Shown here piece by piece: positions 10,149 through 19,322 of a DNA stretch of 64,000 nt (the first letter of the stretch is position 1; every line of letters begins with the position of its first letter). Both the position numbers and the translations under genes were made by a program. The notes below the pieces were generated by a model, which was not told where the DNA came from, ran no database searches, and saw only the letters and a list, made by a program, of their open reading frames with translations. This DNA comes from a virus. The stretch spans positions 1-64,000 of IMG/VR virus record IMGVR_UViG_3300009370_000014. One strand, written 5' to 3'.

Positions 10149-10764
10149 TGCTTCTCCTATGTGAGAAATAAAGAAGTAAAATTGACTTCCAGCATTCTAC
10201 TCTGCACTACTATCAATCTGCAAAGTTAAAGTTTTGCAAACCCTTCAATAAGGGAGTTAAATCTAAAGCAGGAGTGTCATCATCCATTATAGACTCATAG
10301 ATACAGGAGGTAGCCCAGCTACCTGCCCCAGCTCCAACTAAAATTCCAGCACCGAAAGCAACGCACATACCTGTAGTTAAACCAGTAAACATATAAATTC
10401 TCTATTCTGTTATTAGCTTTTAATCTGATAGTTAAATAATTCCAAGGTTTTCTACCGTTTTTCTAAGTTCTATATAGATCTCAGAAATTTCTATCCAGAC
10501 TGTGATCCAGATTAGATCCAATTTGCGGTAGAACCGGAAGAAAACCGTCTTTACCTTTTACTTATAACACTTTTTTACAAGTTTTAAGTAAGAGATAAAT
10601 TTTTCAATCTGGATCATAATACATATACCAGGTATTAGCCTGGTTTTAAGTCCCAAATATGTCTAGCATCTGGGGAGAAAGAAAGTGCTAGGCCTGTATG
10701 ACTAGTTACCAAAATCATCCATCCACCTGGCACTTTCATCCTATATGTAGAAACAGGGTACCCA

Positions 10765-12159
10765 TCATTCAAGGGTTCCCACTTTAATTTTTGCTTCATC
10801 ACTAAGTACCTCACTCATATCTACATCATTGAACCACATACAATTTTTTTCATCAGGATTAATATTTTTACATGCTAAATAATGTAAGTTATTAAGTGCC
10901 TTGAATCCGCAAGAAATACACATAGTTTCGTTAGAGAAAGAAGCATTAGCTAGTACTTTAGGTAAGACTAATCTTCCCTTACACATAGGGCATTTTGCCC
11001 CATCTACTTCTACTGTTTTACTCATCTGTATGAGTTTAAGACTACACTGACTAATGAAGCTCAACTTCTTAATAGGTGCCTCATGTATCTTAGTACGACC
11101 AAAGTCTTTACGTTTAGGTGTGGAACTAAAAGGATAGAACTTGAATTCTTTACGTTGTTTAGACTTAGCAATAGCTGCTCGGACAACAGTCAATTCCTGC
11201 CATAAGCTATCATTGATTCCTTGATAACCTATTTGATAGTCTAATCCTCTATCGGTAGCGTATCTCCAATTAGAGTCAACCCAGCCTAAAGTAGCATCCT
11301 TACCATAAGCCAAATTTTTAGAGACCCCGTAATATCTCTGCCAAACTCTTCCTGTCCCCACAAAAGTGTCATCTTTAAGAGATACATATTTAGTATATCC
11401 TTGGTGAATACCTCGTGTATCTCCTGCAGACCCACAATCATAGCCTGAGATCTTTCGGGTAACTGTAGGGTAATACAACGACCAATAGGCTAAGTATCTA
11501 TGGAAAGCATCGAACGGCATAGGAGATTGAGGACCTGTCCCTGCTACAAAGTAATTATCAAGATCATTATCCTCAGTTTGATCAAGTATATCCATATCTA
11601 CAGGCCAAGGAGCAGGGTAATTGAAAATGTCCTCTTTACTAAGTACATTCTTCCCAGTAGGAAAAGTACGATACTTACCTGCTACAAGAGTTAATAAACT
11701 TGGACTATTAAAGGGAGTTACTGTTTCCCAAGCATTACTAAAAAACACTGAATATAAATTACAGCAGGTTTGAAACGCTAAACCATAGTTCACATGAAGC
11801 ATAGGTATAGTTACAAAGTAATGCCGATACACATTAGGCCATCTAGTTCTGCGAACGTTAGCTGTCTTCTCAGGCAAACACAAAGGGTACCCTATCTCTG
11901 GAGCATACAAAACCAATTGAGGAATCTTTAGTCTACCAAGATCTTTCAATGCTACGCGAACACATAAACCAAGGCTAGGGTCTATAGGACGAAAGAACGC
12001 TGGGTTGTTAGAGGTGTCTTTTAATAGTTTAGTTTCTTCCCAGCTCTCAGGAGTACAAATGAACCCTTGTGTCCCTGCTCTTAGACAAAGGTTAGTGTTT
12101 CCTATTACATAATCATTAAAACCCTCAAAATCGGTCGAGAGCTCTCCATAAATCTTCAT
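10765..12159 (-). CDS. hypothetical protein with a C-terminal Zn ribbon
   Basis: 464 aa; CPMC...CISC near the C-terminus; AGGAG RBS. Confidence 0.7.
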   Translation of the reverse strand: MKIYGELSTDFEGFNDYVIGNTNLCLRAGTQGFICTPESWEETKLLKDTSNNPAFFRPIDPSLGLCVRVALKDLGRLKIPQLVLYAPEIGYPLCLPEKTANVRRTRWPNVYRHYFVTIPMLHVNYGLAFQTCCNLYSVFFSNAWETVTPFNSPSLLTLVAGKYRTFPTGKNVLSKEDIFNYPAPWPVDMDILDQTEDNDLDNYFVAGTGPQSPMPFDAFHRYLAYWSLYYPTVTRKISGYDCGSAGDTRGIHQGYTKYVSLKDDTFVGTGRVWQRYYGVSKNLAYGKDATLGWVDSNWRYATDRGLDYQIGYQGINDSLWQELTVVRAAIAKSKQRKEFKFYPFSSTPKRKDFGRTKIHEAPIKKLSFISQCSLKLIQMSKTVEVDGAKCPMCKGRLVLPKVLANASFSNETMCISCGFKALNNLHYLACKNINPDEKNCMWFNDVDMSEVLSDEAKIKVGTLE

Positions 12160-12218
12160 ACGATACTCCTAAAGAGAAAGTTTCTATTTCTTAAATGGTC
12201 TACCTATCTGTATAGTGA

Positions 12219-12783
12219 TACCTATCTGTATACTATAACTATAAGGTAGGTATACTGAGGGGTTCAATACGTCATTTTTGTATCAAATAGGTATAAAGTA
12301 TACAGGTATGCTACATTTGCTATATAAGTAAGGATACCATATGCTGTCTAGGATACAAGCCAATTTTAGCCCTTTTTCTACTTATATACATATATTATAC
12401 TTATATGTATACCCCCTAATGTCTCTAGAATTTTAAAAAAGTCGTTTTTTCCCTCTGTATCCTAGTAGTTTGGTCAGAGGAGTTATATTATAAGAGTTAC
12501 AGAGCTATACATATAGGTAGAAAAATGACCAAAATCTAAGGGGAAAAATAAGTGGTACATTTCGCTCTTATATATAGAGAGAAGGGGGGGGTGTAAATAG
12601 GTATAAAGTAGTCACATACGTATAATTTAGCTCAATTTCAGCCTGTAGCCTAGTGTCCATAAGGGATCCTTACTTGTATAGCAAATGTAGCATACCTGTA
12701 TACTTTCTACCTATTGATACAAATATGAGCTATTCGACCCCCAAATTCTACTTACTTGATAGTTTAGCTATACAGATAGGTAT
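12219..12783. repeat. long imperfect inverted repeat (~150-bp arms, ~260-bp spacer)
   Basis: 12278-12335 TTGTATCAAATAGGTATAAAGTATACAGGTATGCTACATTTGCTATATAAGTAAGGAT is nearly the reverse complement of 12666-12722; weaker pairing extends out to 12219/12783 and in to ~12370/12630. Confidence 0.9.
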
Positions 12784-12787
12784 ACCA

Positions 12788-13078
12788 TTACCCTGACCAC
12801 TCTATGTAAGTTAATCTGCAAGAATTCCCTAGACTTTCTAGCGATTCTTTGTTATCAAGTTTGTCGATAACACTGTACAGGAAATCAACCAATCCTTCTA
12901 CCTCATCTATAGAAAAGCCTGGCTCAAATAAATAGCCAGGCTCACTGGTATACATGTTCTTTACGTATATTTCCGGATACTTAGCAGTCATCCCTAGACT
13001 CACTTCATACTCATAATCCTCGACCAGTATCCTCATCAACTGAACCAGCTTGTTGTAATCTTTCAATGTCCACTCCAA
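12788..13078 (-). CDS. hypothetical protein
   Basis: ORF overlapping the end of the thyX-like gene. Confidence 0.5.
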   Translation of the reverse strand: MEWTLKDYNKLVQLMRILVEDYEYEVSLGMTAKYPEIYVKNMYTSEPGYLFEPGFSIDEVEGLVDFLYSVIDKLDNKESLESLGNSCRLTYIEWSG

Positions 13079-13934
13079 AGTCTAACGAGTAAATTTTTCG
13101 CCACTGCTCTACTGTTCTATTATTAGTGTGCTTGTCTAATAGTTTTCTTAATTGTATCCAGTTGGTATCTAGGTAGTTGCCAGTTAAGTCAGCTCCTGGA
13201 TAAATTTGAGTATCACATTTAGTTATGTCAACCACTTGATGTTCGAAGGGTGACCAGTGACCTGATTCCTTAAGTCTATGGAATAAGCTACGAGCAATCG
13301 AGACAGATAATCTTCTGTAAGATATCTTAGCACATGTCGTAACTGACTGGATGATCCTTTCTTCCAAAGAAAGTGCTTGGCTGTATGGTAGGTGCCATTT
13401 ATGCTCAGTAGGTGTACTATCATTTATTTCCTGTCTAATCATGTCAGATAATTGATGAATACATGACTGAGCATCAGAAGATGATCTAAGTCTAAAAAAA
13501 TTATCCCAACCTTTTTCGTTGCATACTCCAGTCATAATAGACTTACTAGTCCTAAAAGGAGATAGAGGCCTATTGATTACCTCTTTAGCTATGCCAACTT
13601 GGTACATGTATTTAAAATAGGTATTCATACTATTAAGCTTATCTATCATAGTCTGTTCCAAGTTGGTCCAAAGTCTAACAAAATCTTTGTAGGCCTTGTC
13701 TTCAAAGTAACTGTAACTTTCCATCCCTTTAGACCACTTACCTACCTTTTTAGGTATAAACAAAGGTATATCTCTAAATTTAGAGAAAGGAACAGCACGT
13801 TGGGACTGTGTATTTTTGGATATAGATCTATGTTTATTAATCTGTGCATCTATATAAGTAGGATGCTCAACTTCTAAAGTTGTTATCCTCTGTCCTTTTG
13901 TATTAATACTGTCAAGTATTACTTTTGCGTACAT
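13011..13934 (-). CDS. thyX: FAD-dependent thymidylate synthase-like protein (phage ThyX type)
   Basis: KHRSISKNTQSQRAVP (RHRx7S-like motif), WDNFFRLR...AQ, WHLPY, CAKISY, GHWSPFEH. Confidence 0.8.
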   Translation of the reverse strand: MYAKVILDSINTKGQRITTLEVEHPTYIDAQINKHRSISKNTQSQRAVPFSKFRDIPLFIPKKVGKWSKGMESYSYFEDKAYKDFVRLWTNLEQTMIDKLNSMNTYFKYMYQVGIAKEVINRPLSPFRTSKSIMTGVCNEKGWDNFFRLRSSSDAQSCIHQLSDMIRQEINDSTPTEHKWHLPYSQALSLEERIIQSVTTCAKISYRRLSVSIARSLFHRLKESGHWSPFEHQVVDITKCDTQIYPGADLTGNYLDTNWIQLRKLLDKHTNNRTVEQWRKIYSLDFGVDIERLQQAGSVDEDTGRGL

Positions 13935-14062
13935 TTGTATATCCTAGAACATATACTTCTGTCGATCTTTTCGACATTCTTTAGTTTGTAAATCTCTTAA
14001 TAGTAGTTGTCGAAAGTTTTATATACTTATCTTAAAGTGATTTAAGAAACTATAGTTAACTT

Positions 14063-14212
14063 TTATGTATTAATCTTAAGATATTCTATAGCTTCTAAAG
14101 GCCAGATTAAGTCTCCGTGAAAATCTACAGAATAAAGATATCCAGTATATCCTGCCTTTCTAATAGCCCTATCTTTAGATAGATACGAATCATCTAGAAG
14201 TTGAATTATCAT
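14063..14212 (-). CDS. 49-aa microprotein, paralog of 14209-14370; not in the ORF track
   Basis: MIIQLLDDSYLSKDRAIRKAGYTGYLYSVDFHGDLIW...; ATGA-coupled to the upstream paralog. Confidence 0.7.
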   Translation of the reverse strand: MIIQLLDDSYLSKDRAIRKAGYTGYLYSVDFHGDLIWPLEAIEYLKINT

Positions 14213-14370
14213 AGCTTAACACCGTTTTCTTTAGCATACTTACGAGCTATTTTACTCCAACCCCCTAAATTGCCTTCTTGAGTATAGTGATATAAATAAC
14301 CTTTGTACCCAGCATTTAACATAAGTTCATCTACTTCTAAGTTAACCGACTTAACCATACTTACTATCAT
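14209..14370 (-). CDS. 53-aa microprotein, paralog of 14063-14212; not in the ORF track
   Basis: MIVSMVKSVNLEVDELMLNAGYKGYLYHYTQEGNLGGW...; aligns without gaps to its neighbour. Confidence 0.7.
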   Translation of the reverse strand: MIVSMVKSVNLEVDELMLNAGYKGYLYHYTQEGNLGGWSKIARKYAKENGVKL

Positions 14371-14530
14371 GTCCCTAAGGCTATTCCTATCAATATTACT
14401 AATATTACATATAGAATTAAAAATCCCGTAGATAAATTATCATGTAACTTTTTTCTCATCATGTTCCTACATAAAAATAGACAGCTGTATCAGCTGCCTT
14501 TTGAAAATACTAAAATATTACTCTTTTAAA

Positions 14531-14875
14531 CTAATAGCTATAAATACCCAATAATACTATAACAATTATTGGAATCAAGATCAATATTTTCATTAAGTTA
14601 AAGATTATCTTTAAGTTTAAAGGTTTCTCTCTTTTAACAATTCTACCAACGCTAAAAATAAGTTCATTATTTGCAAGGTAATCTCCAAAAGATACAGTTA
14701 CTCGTTTTAACTTATCTGTCATTCTTTTTCTATTTAACTTTGTTAAGGATATCTTTAAATTATTATTGGAAGCATACCTTTTCAAATAAGCTACCTCAAA
14801 GGTTGTTGCTTCTACTACTGCTAACATATTTCCTATATAAATTAGATAAACATTTCTATGTATGACTGGTTTCAT
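14531..14875 (-). CDS. hypothetical membrane-anchored protein
   Basis: GAGGTG RBS; C-terminal hydrophobic helix. Confidence 0.6.
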   Translation of the reverse strand: MKPVIHRNVYLIYIGNMLAVVEATTFEVAYLKRYASNNNLKISLTKLNRKRMTDKLKRVTVSFGDYLANNELIFSVGRIVKREKPLNLKIIFNLMKILILIPIIVIVLLGIYSY

Positions 14876-14891
14876 GTCTCACCTCATCTTA

Positions 14892-14999
14892 CTCTCAATG
14901 CTAACAATGCTAACAACGCTCTCAATGCTAACAACGCTCTCAATGCTAACAACGCTCTCAATGCTAACAACGCTCTCAATGCTCTCAATGCTAACAATG
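14892..14999. repeat. tandem repeat of 12 x 9 bp (CTCTCAATG / CTAACAAYG)
   Basis: Twelve consecutive 9-mers of two types, mostly alternating to give an 18-bp higher-order unit. Confidence 0.95.
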
Positions 15000-15745
15000 A
15001 TTTCAATAAGTAATATAAATTAAATTCTAAGCATATAATTCTATGTTCTCTACTACAGCACCCAATGCTTCCATAAGCCTCTCCAATCTCTCTTTAGAAT
15101 ACCTGCTAAAATGAATAATCATCAACTTCCTCTCTTATGTACTGCATAATTCTAGCATTAGTTAATTCCATATATAAGTAGCATTCTCACACGGAGTGAT
15201 CTCCTTCTTACATAATTTTCCATAGTATCTTTCCCAGGTAATCTATTTAGTCGCTGAATTTCGTCAGAAATCCATTCTTTATCTTTAGAACTCACAAATG
15301 TAACAAACATCTTCTAATTGCCTCCGTTAATTTACAGATGTCTTTACTCTACTTCGTCGGTTTTATTAAGTCAATGTACTTCAACTGAGTTAGTTTTTCA
15401 TGTCTAGTAAATAATTCATTTAAGATATTTGAACGCTTGTAAGGTACCCAAGATGATTTGTGAACTTTATGAAATACTTCCCTTAAATTAGTTATATCCT
15501 TGGGATGTAATAATATCAGTATCATATGGCTCCTATTCCATATAACTAGTAGCTAATCCCTGTACTGGTAGCTAACCAATTTATTATGCATATAAACCAA
15601 CTGTCCACCACATATAGGATGTAGGATGCTTATACTTAGAATCACTTCTATACTTTTTATATGAAATAATCAAGAGACCATCCCAGGTAATACATAAACT
15701 TCATAGTTTCATGTAAATAATACTTATTTGCTCTCCATGCAAAAA

Positions 15746-16408
15746 TCATATAGTCTCTATTCTAAATGTATCTTCTAGATAGTCTCTAAAAGCATCCCCA
15801 TGAAATTTAGTCAGTGATCTCAGCTTATGTATTACTTTTAGAGTACTCGAATATATTTTGTTGCCTGGCCTAAAAAGCTCTTTTTGATCATTACATACTC
15901 TAATAAGAGTTTCCTCTAAGAAATTATCACTTATAAGATCAACATCTTTCTGAATAATTTCAATATTATCGAGTATGTTTGACCAGGCGTCACCTTGTAA
16001 TAACAATCTAGCTTCCATGACTAAAGATATTTTATCTGCATACGAAACTACTGGATCTATACATTCAAAGTTATAATTTTGACTTCGAAATATGTTAGTT
16101 GCTGCATATTTTTCAAGATCTCTTGTAGCCTTGTTCTTGAAGGGTGTAGGTATATCTCCAAACATACACTCAGTAGCGTCATGCACAAGTCCTTGCAGTA
16201 TAAGATGATCATACCCTAGTACCCATAGAATGTAAGCTACATGTATGCTATGCGCGAAAACATTAAAGTCCCAAATAGTATTACCTGAGAATCGAGCTAT
16301 TCTGCCTAAAGATACTAAAATATCTTCTATATTTGGAGGATCATCTACGCTGCATAACTTACCACTATAAGTGTAAATTTGATGTTTGAACCCTAAGTCT
16401 GTACACAT
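15746..16408 (-). CDS. HD-domain phosphohydrolase (YfbR/YfdR-like 5'-deoxynucleotidase)
   Basis: IEDILVSLGRIARFSG, VFAHSIHV, LVHDATECMFGDIPTPFK, ADKISL. Confidence 0.85.
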   Translation of the reverse strand: MCTDLGFKHQIYTYSGKLCSVDDPPNIEDILVSLGRIARFSGNTIWDFNVFAHSIHVAYILWVLGYDHLILQGLVHDATECMFGDIPTPFKNKATRDLEKYAATNIFRSQNYNFECIDPVVSYADKISLVMEARLLLQGDAWSNILDNIEIIQKDVDLISDNFLEETLIRVCNDQKELFRPGNKIYSSTLKVIHKLRSLTKFHGDAFRDYLEDTFRIETI

Positions 16409-16644
16409 CTTAATTTTATCCCATTAGTCTGTAATTCTTCTCCTAATATATAAGATCCTATCACAATTTGTCGCCAAGTCCTGTATTTTTTGTAACTGAT
16501 AACCAACTCAGTATATCCTCATCTATATCCTTTTCAAAATCATTCATTAATTCTCCAGCTAACCATTTGGCCCAATTTTCACAATTTCCAAAACTTATAA
16601 TCATCTCTACTCTATTTATTTTCCTAGCTAAAATTTTAGTAAAG

Positions 16645-16932
16645 TCATACTTCGAATTTTTTGTATCTATTGCAAGTAGATATTGACATATCGTGAAATT
16701 CTTTATTTTTATCAGTATCTACTATATCCTCTATCTTATCTGGAAAGTAACAGTAACATATAGTCATCTCTATTTCTTTAGGATTCCCAATAGAAGGTTT
16801 CTCTCCTTTCCAAGATTCCCAATCTTCTCGTCCTTCTTTTATTACATCACTTAATCCATCTCGATGTACATATACTCCCTCTATGTATTGACCATAAACA
16901 CATGTCTTACAAAGATTTTCACCTTCTGCCAT
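16645..16932 (-). CDS. hypothetical Cys-containing protein
   Basis: GAGG RBS; CKTC motif. Confidence 0.55.
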   Translation of the reverse strand: MAEGENLCKTCVYGQYIEGVYVHRDGLSDVIKEGREDWESWKGEKPSIGNPKEIEMTICYCYFPDKIEDIVDTDKNKEFHDMSISTCNRYKKFEV

Positions 16933-16953
16933 ACAACCTCCTACTAGTTAGTC

Positions 16954-16991
16954 GTAGAAGCAGGAGGGGCTAAAGCCCACTCCTGTTCTAC
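16954..16991 (-). terminator. intergenic stem-loop, possible terminator
   Basis: GTAGAAGCAGGAG-GGGC TAAA GCCC-ACTCCTGTTCTAC inverted repeat. Confidence 0.55.
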
Positions 16992-17004
16992 GTCTACTTT
17001 AGGT

Positions 17005-17235
17005 TTATTTATCTACCCTTTTAACTAGTAATCCTATAAGCTTCACTATAGATTCAATATCCTCAATTTTAGTTTTAACTTTAATATTGGCCTCAAAGTC
17101 AATAAGTTCTTCAGTCTTATTACCTACACTGTTGATGCTTACATTGCCTGATTCCCCTACTGGAAGTGAAAAGCTAAATGTAAGATTACGACCAGTTACT
17201 TTTTTTTTAGAGTCAGTTTTCATTTTTTCTATCAT
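17005..17235 (-). CDS. hypothetical protein
   Basis: ORF on the dominant strand. Confidence 0.5.
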   Translation of the reverse strand: MIEKMKTDSKKKVTGRNLTFSFSLPVGESGNVSINSVGNKTEELIDFEANIKVKTKIEDIESIVKLIGLLVKRVDK

Positions 17236-17297
17236 ATCTACTATCTTCCTAAATCTTAGAGTATTTTGTTCATTGCTTTGAAGTTACTTTATAAATC

Positions 17298-17561
17298 CTA
17301 CCATATATGAAATTTCCATCTAGGCTGACGCCCCTGACGTATATGGTCTTCTAATATTGATTCCAGCTGGTTTCTAACTTGAGATATATGATTTTCGCAA
17401 GCATAAGAAATAGGAATAACATCTAAATACTCGCTACTAACTAATAACTGGTATATACCTTCTTTCCTTTGATAAAAGAAAACCAGTGCTTCTATGCGAC
17501 TACCTGTTTCACATCCTCTACATAGAGGAACTTGATACTCGGATAAATGTAAACAAGCCAT
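17298..17561 (-). CDS. hypothetical protein
   Basis: ORF on the dominant strand. Confidence 0.5.
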   Translation of the reverse strand: MACLHLSEYQVPLCRGCETGSRIEALVFFYQRKEGIYQLLVSSEYLDVIPISYACENHISQVRNQLESILEDHIRQGRQPRWKFHIW

Positions 17562-17619
17562 AATCTAATACCTACATTGAGAGAAGAAGAGCTCTCGAGC
17601 GCTGTCGACTTCTTTATTA

Positions 17620-18216
17620 TCGCATATCGGAGATATGCTTTACAATATTGCTTTATATGCAACTACTTACGTATTAGACTTTAAACTGCAACTTACAAAG
17701 TTCAGTAGTTACTACCGACAGACTAAGTAACCTCAGATTAGATTTTTGAATTTATTTTAGATAAGAACAATATACCTTGAAGCGAGAGATGCATTAATGA
17801 AGTTTGCATCTTCTTGCTCTAGGATATCTCTCCAGTACTCACGTTAGTGAGCAACACAATCTTGAGCTTAACTCGAGGGAGTACGTATAATTATTCTTAA
17901 ATATCAACACATATACAATAATTCCATGCTAACCTTACTATGATTTCGAAAATCTAAAAGATTTCTGTTTAACTTACTTAAGTTAAATGGAATTTTTAGA
18001 TTTGCGTTTTCATAGAAATTACAATACTAAGCTTAACTTAGTGAAGTACGAATTAATTACATATTGATATCTATGTATAGCTTACAAAGATATTAATAAT
18101 TTCAACAGAAAGCCTGCGTACACATCTCATTTTACCGGTACGCTCCTTGATTTATCAAGGGTGTATTGAAAAATGAGGATGCAAATACAATACCAAGGTT
18201 ACCTTAGTTAAGTACA
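17620..18216. ncRNA. candidate structured ncRNA array: four units of hairpin + ACAAT + 17-nt hairpin + NNNNTACR
   Basis: ACAAT at 17642, 17856, 18021 and 18187 (spacing 214, 165, 166), each followed by a 17-nt hairpin and TACG/TACA at the same offset. No ORF of 60 aa or more. G:T pairs favour folding of the plus strand. Confidence 0.6.
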
Positions 18217-18225
18217 AATTATTAG

Positions 18226-18429
18226 CTAGAACCCTTGGACATAATCATCTATAGTTCCATCTTCATCAACTATCGCTAAGCGAAAACCAAACTCTTTGGC
18301 TTCACAGACCAAATCCAGTAAAGCAAGTGCGTTGGCTATAATCTCTGACTCGCTACCAAAATTTGTTTTTTCTAAAAGTTCTTTGAATAAATCATCAAAA
18401 CTATCTTCTAAATTTATGATAAGGCCCAT
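18226..18429 (-). CDS. ribbon-helix-helix-like DNA-binding protein
   Basis: MGLIINL (strand), DDLFKELLEKT and SESEIIANALALL (two helices): CopG/RHH pattern; AGGAG RBS. Confidence 0.6.
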   Translation of the reverse strand: MGLIINLEDSFDDLFKELLEKTNFGSESEIIANALALLDLVCEAKEFGFRLAIVDEDGTIDDYVQGF

Positions 18430-18443
18430 GCTGACTCCTAATC

Positions 18444-18938
18444 TTAAATTAAACTAAAACTTAGTTGGAACATAGTATCAGTTTCTGGATTAGTATACAC
18501 TCGGAAACATTTATCTCTAGAAATATCAGTCATTCGATCTATAACTTTTAAAGTTAAGTTAACAATGCTAACGTCGCTCTCTTGGTAGAAGGCATTTAAC
18601 TTGTCTAATGTAGTACCTAAGAATTCAATATCAGGAGCATAATCTTTAAGTATTAGTTCAAGAACAGGTTCTCCTAACATTTCTTCTATTAGGTTACAGC
18701 AAGGGTAGTTTAGTTTATTTTTTCTACCTAGAAATTTTTTATGATCTATACTGCGACCCCATTTATCCATAAGAGGTAATGTTTTTTGAACTAAACCTTG
18801 TAAGATAACAACGATATCTTCATATCCGACATAAACGCCATCTTCAATGTCAGCCTCTACTCCCTCCCTGTAGTTTATTAGACTCGGGTTTTTGGATACT
18901 TTGAGCTGAACTCCGTTGTACGTGTTGAATAGTCCCAT
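18444..18938 (-). CDS. hypothetical protein
   Basis: ORF on the dominant strand. Confidence 0.6.
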   Translation of the reverse strand: MGLFNTYNGVQLKVSKNPSLINYREGVEADIEDGVYVGYEDIVVILQGLVQKTLPLMDKWGRSIDHKKFLGRKNKLNYPCCNLIEEMLGEPVLELILKDYAPDIEFLGTTLDKLNAFYQESDVSIVNLTLKVIDRMTDISRDKCFRVYTNPETDTMFQLSFSLI

Positions 18939-19179
18939 GTTTTGGAATCTCCAATATTGATTCTTTCATGAACAGAATAGATACACCTACGTCTGTTTGG
19001 GTAAACGAAATAGTTAGCTTGTTAGCATCTCCTACTTCTTCGAGTATTAATTTAACATTCTCAGTCATCTCTTCTTTATTTCCAGATACATCTGGCAGAA
19101 GAGATTTTAAAGCTTCTCTGATTATCATGCCGGGATCATCAAAGGTTAAATCAATTCTAGCCACAGGCAATACACTCAT
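18850..19179 (-). CDS. hypothetical protein
   Basis: ORF on the dominant strand. Confidence 0.55.
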   Translation of the reverse strand: MSVLPVARIDLTFDDPGMIIREALKSLLPDVSGNKEEMTENVKLILEEVGDANKLTISFTQTDVGVSILFMKESILEIPKHGTIQHVQRSSAQSIQKPESNKLQGGSRG

Positions 19180-19322
19180 ATCTCTTTCCTAACTATCAAC
19201 ATACTATTTTACCTTATGTTTTTCCCAAAAATTAATAACAGCTTTAAAATTATCTATATTTTTAATATACATACTTTTAACATTCAACTCACCCCCTATG
19301 AAAGTAGGAATGAGCGTAACCT

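Noticed and set aside
10490-10620. Short ATCCAGA repeats and a 10-bp inverted repeat
   Set aside because: Too short to distinguish from chance without a statistical test.
14892-14999. Possible CRISPR array
   Set aside because: Contiguous 9-bp units with no unique spacers, and no cas genes in the window.
17620-18216. CRISPR interpretation of the periodic array
   Set aside because: Units conserve structure and only a few bases, and the 165-214 nt period is far longer than a CRISPR repeat-spacer unit.
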